DNA of 64,000 nucleotides from Tubiluchus corallicola (Eukaryota > Animalia > Priapulida), in the NCBI GenBank assembly GCA_030141605.1, contig JAQGDQ010000013.1:1254447-1318446 (forward strand). Direction: 5' to 3'. The notes beneath the pieces are model-generated. The model was not told where the DNA came from and did not search any database. It saw only the letters and a list, made by a program, of their open reading frames with translations. The translations under genes and the position numbers were made by a program. Below are positions 61,158-64,000 of this stretch, piece after piece. Each line of letters opens with the position of its first letter. The stretch's first letter is position 1.

Positions 61158-63329
61158 CCGGTACATCCATCGCGCAATTAATATTCAAGCTATATATGTT
61201 ATTCTAATGAATTAATTACATTAACAGTATAAATTTAAAGGAACAGTAAACACAAAAAATAACAAATTCAAAGTAAACTTACCAAATCACAATGTGTTGT
61301 AAAACAAATGTCGCCATACATTAGAAGGAACTAACTGGAATTTTATCAAATTCAGAACATACGTTTAGGAACATCACGATAATACGCTTGGTCACTGGAA
61401 TGTGAACTGAAGCTCACTAACTTATTCTTAATGATAAAAGTAAAAAGTTGAGGATTAATTTACAGTTACACGTAGTTTGAGTTATAATAAATGACATCAT
61501 TAATAGAACATTATAAATGCAAAACTGGCATTTTACAGGAAAAGCATTGTTTACTGGCATGCCTTGATAGTCGGTCCTGCATTTCTCAGACATTAAAAAT
61601 TAGTCTACATGTACATCTGGTTGTTTGGACAAATGAAGCTTTCTCACACTAATTGCTGAACATCTCAGCAGCAAGTAACAGTTTACGTAACCTAGCATTT
61701 TAGGGTTTACTGCTCCTTTAAATAAATTTTCCTGTTTCTTACACATTTCAGTATGCATCCAATTAACACTTCACTTTTTTCAATAACTTGAGATATATTT
61801 TTATTTTCATAATGGTCAATGGAACTCGATCTAGTTACACTTACACTGCAAGTATGAAGCTCAAAATAACACTTAATATCATAATGCCGTAGGCATACTA
61901 TAATCACACAAAACTTAAGCAAAAGCTTTCACGGAGCCACAATTTTTTTGCAACAATTGAAAATTTCATAAGTCAAAAGTCCAACAGGCGCCAAAATGTT
62001 CCTGCAACTGCATTCTGTCGCACGAGTTCTACACTGTGTGTTTGTACAGATTTGGCAACTTCTGGGACACTTACGCGACAAGAGAATGTCATATGACATT
62101 CATGCGAGTATCACAAAATTTTCGCAAAAAGAAGTGCTAGGCAACCAACGTGCGCCAAAATGACAGAAAACAACAAAACATAGTTGCAAAATCGTCACAA
62201 CATTCTTGCAGAGTCACAAAATATTTTGTGGATTCTGAAATTGTTGCAAACGTTTGGCGACAAATTTGTGAATGTTTCTCACATGTTAGTACAACTTTAG
62301 GGCAGCTTTACGAAGTTTTGGCGAAACGGTGAGTTCCGCTACTCAGGCGACAACCTCTAAACACTTTAACTAATTTTTCTGAAACCAGCGACCCTTTTGC
62401 GACTATGGCGAACGTTCGCACTTGTTTTGCGACTGTTTGGCGAACTTTTGGCGACTCTTAGACTTTTCAATTTTCGAATAGTTGTGGAAGTAGCATTACT
62501 AGAAGCAACGGCACAAAGTTTTTGATCTTCTCGGTCAAAAGCACAAAAAAGCAAAATTTATGGTGAGATGACAACTAAAAAATAAAAATGCGACTATCAT
62601 TTATTTAATTCATGAAAAGCTTCTGATTAGTCAGTCTACACTAGATTATTAACTACAAAATGTTTGTGCCAAGGTAAGTTTAAAGGCATCTGATAATGTG
62701 GGCTGCCTTCCAGATTCATTAAAATTGTGCCCCTACCATTATGAAACTAAAAACATAACACATAAAACATACATTTTGTATCAAAAGCAACCTCAACTAA
62801 CAAAATATCAAATCGAGGTAAATATGATTAACTGTTATAATCGTGTGAGCGGATATTTCGTGTGAAAAGTATTTACATCCAACATCTTGTATATTCGATA
62901 TTCCTACCAATAGTACATTAAGATCATCAACATATTAATGTGACACTGTGATACAATTATAGAGGGTCTAAATACAAAAGCCAATATTTTGCAAGCATTT
63001 GGCGAGTCACACACATACAGCAATCAAAATTTTACATCAGCACAAACTGCCCTAAATCGTTAAGACACACAGTGTTATAAAAATTTACATGAATAGCCAT
63101 TACACGTACCATATTACAAAACAAAAAAAACAATTAGTAATAAAATAAAATGACTTATCTTTCCTCTTTGCATTCCAAACAACAAACCTCAGAAGCTTCT
63201 TTTAAACCTGATTTCACAAAGTTTTCTGCACTTGATCACGTTTGCAAGTACGAAGTATCTTTTGGAATCCCAGTATAAAAGTTTTCCCAAGGTACAGAGC
63301 AGTCTACAAAAATGTAAAAATAGCGAATA

Positions 63330-64000
63330 CTCCACTAATATAATAAGGAGTTGGACACGGGCATCACCAAACCTCGGCATGCCACTGACTGCTCCACTAA
63401 CATAATAAGGAGTTGGACACGGGCATCACCAAACCTCGGCATGCCACTAACTGCTCCACTAACATAATAAGGAGTTGGACACGGGCATCACCAAACCTCT
63501 GCACGCCACTGACTGCTCCACTAATATAATAAGGAGTTGGACATGGGCATCACCAAACCTCTGCATGCCACTGACTGCTCCACTAATATAAGAAGGAGTT
63601 GGACACGGGCATCACCAAACCTCTGCATGCCACTGACTGCTCCACTAACATAATAAGGAGTTGGACACGGGCATCACCAAACCTCTGCATGCCACTGACT
63701 GCTCCACTAATATAAGAAGGAGTTGGACACGGGCATCACCAAACCTCTGCATGCCACTGACTGCTCCACTAACATAATAAGGAGTTGGACACGGGCATCA
63801 CCAAACCTCTGCACCCCACTGACTGCTCTACTAACATAATAAGGAGTTGGACACGGGCATCACCAAACCTCTGCATGCCACTAACTGCTCCACTAATATA
63901 ATAAGGAGTTGGACACGGACATCACCAAACCTCTGCATGCCACTGACTGCTCCACTAATATAATAAGGAGTTGGACACGAGCATCACCAAACCTCTGCAT
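63330..64000. repeat. 62-bp minisatellite, at least 10.8 copies, running off the window end
   Basis: GGAGTTGGAC recurs at 63347, 63409, 63471 and onward with constant 62-nt spacing and near-identical units. Confidence 0.97.

Noticed and set aside
61920-62480. Region rich in GCGAC/GCGAA motifs resembling a MITE interior
   Set aside because: No TIR pair or TSD could be defined, so it was left unclassified.
63330-64000. CRISPR-like regular repeat
   Set aside because: Units are near-identical along their whole length with no unique spacers, there are no cas genes, and the context is eukaryotic. The same applies to the 111-bp and 169-bp arrays.

Overview
AT-rich, intron-rich eukaryotic (invertebrate animal-like) genomic DNA, not prokaryotic. 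Most ORF-track entries are spurious, so the real genes were assembled by hand from splice sites. The first 27 kb hold three housekeeping genes: the 3' end of GPANK1 (+), a 4-coding-exon URM1 (-, 98 aa), and, divergent from URM1, a 16-exon glycyl-tRNA synthetase GARS1 (+, 733 aa from the first ATG, 679 aa from the second). GARS1 has a 54-aa mitochondrial-type leader with a uORF overlapping its ATG, a U12-type AT-AC intron, an 18-copy 111-bp intronic array and a head-to-tail Helitron dimer showing terminator read-through. The remaining 37 kb are mostly nested transposons: Gypsy and Tigger remnants, a Kolobok deletion derivative, a 169-bp tandem repeat built from a MULE transposase exon, an intact-ORF hAT inside a Tigger, an intact-ORF DD41D mariner, an Academ derivative inside an old Tc1-like element, a MITE and a 62-bp minisatellite. 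Scattered minus-strand exon-like segments suggest a decayed, unidentified gene. I found no convincing wholly new biological system. Family assignments rest on remembered motifs, not database searches.
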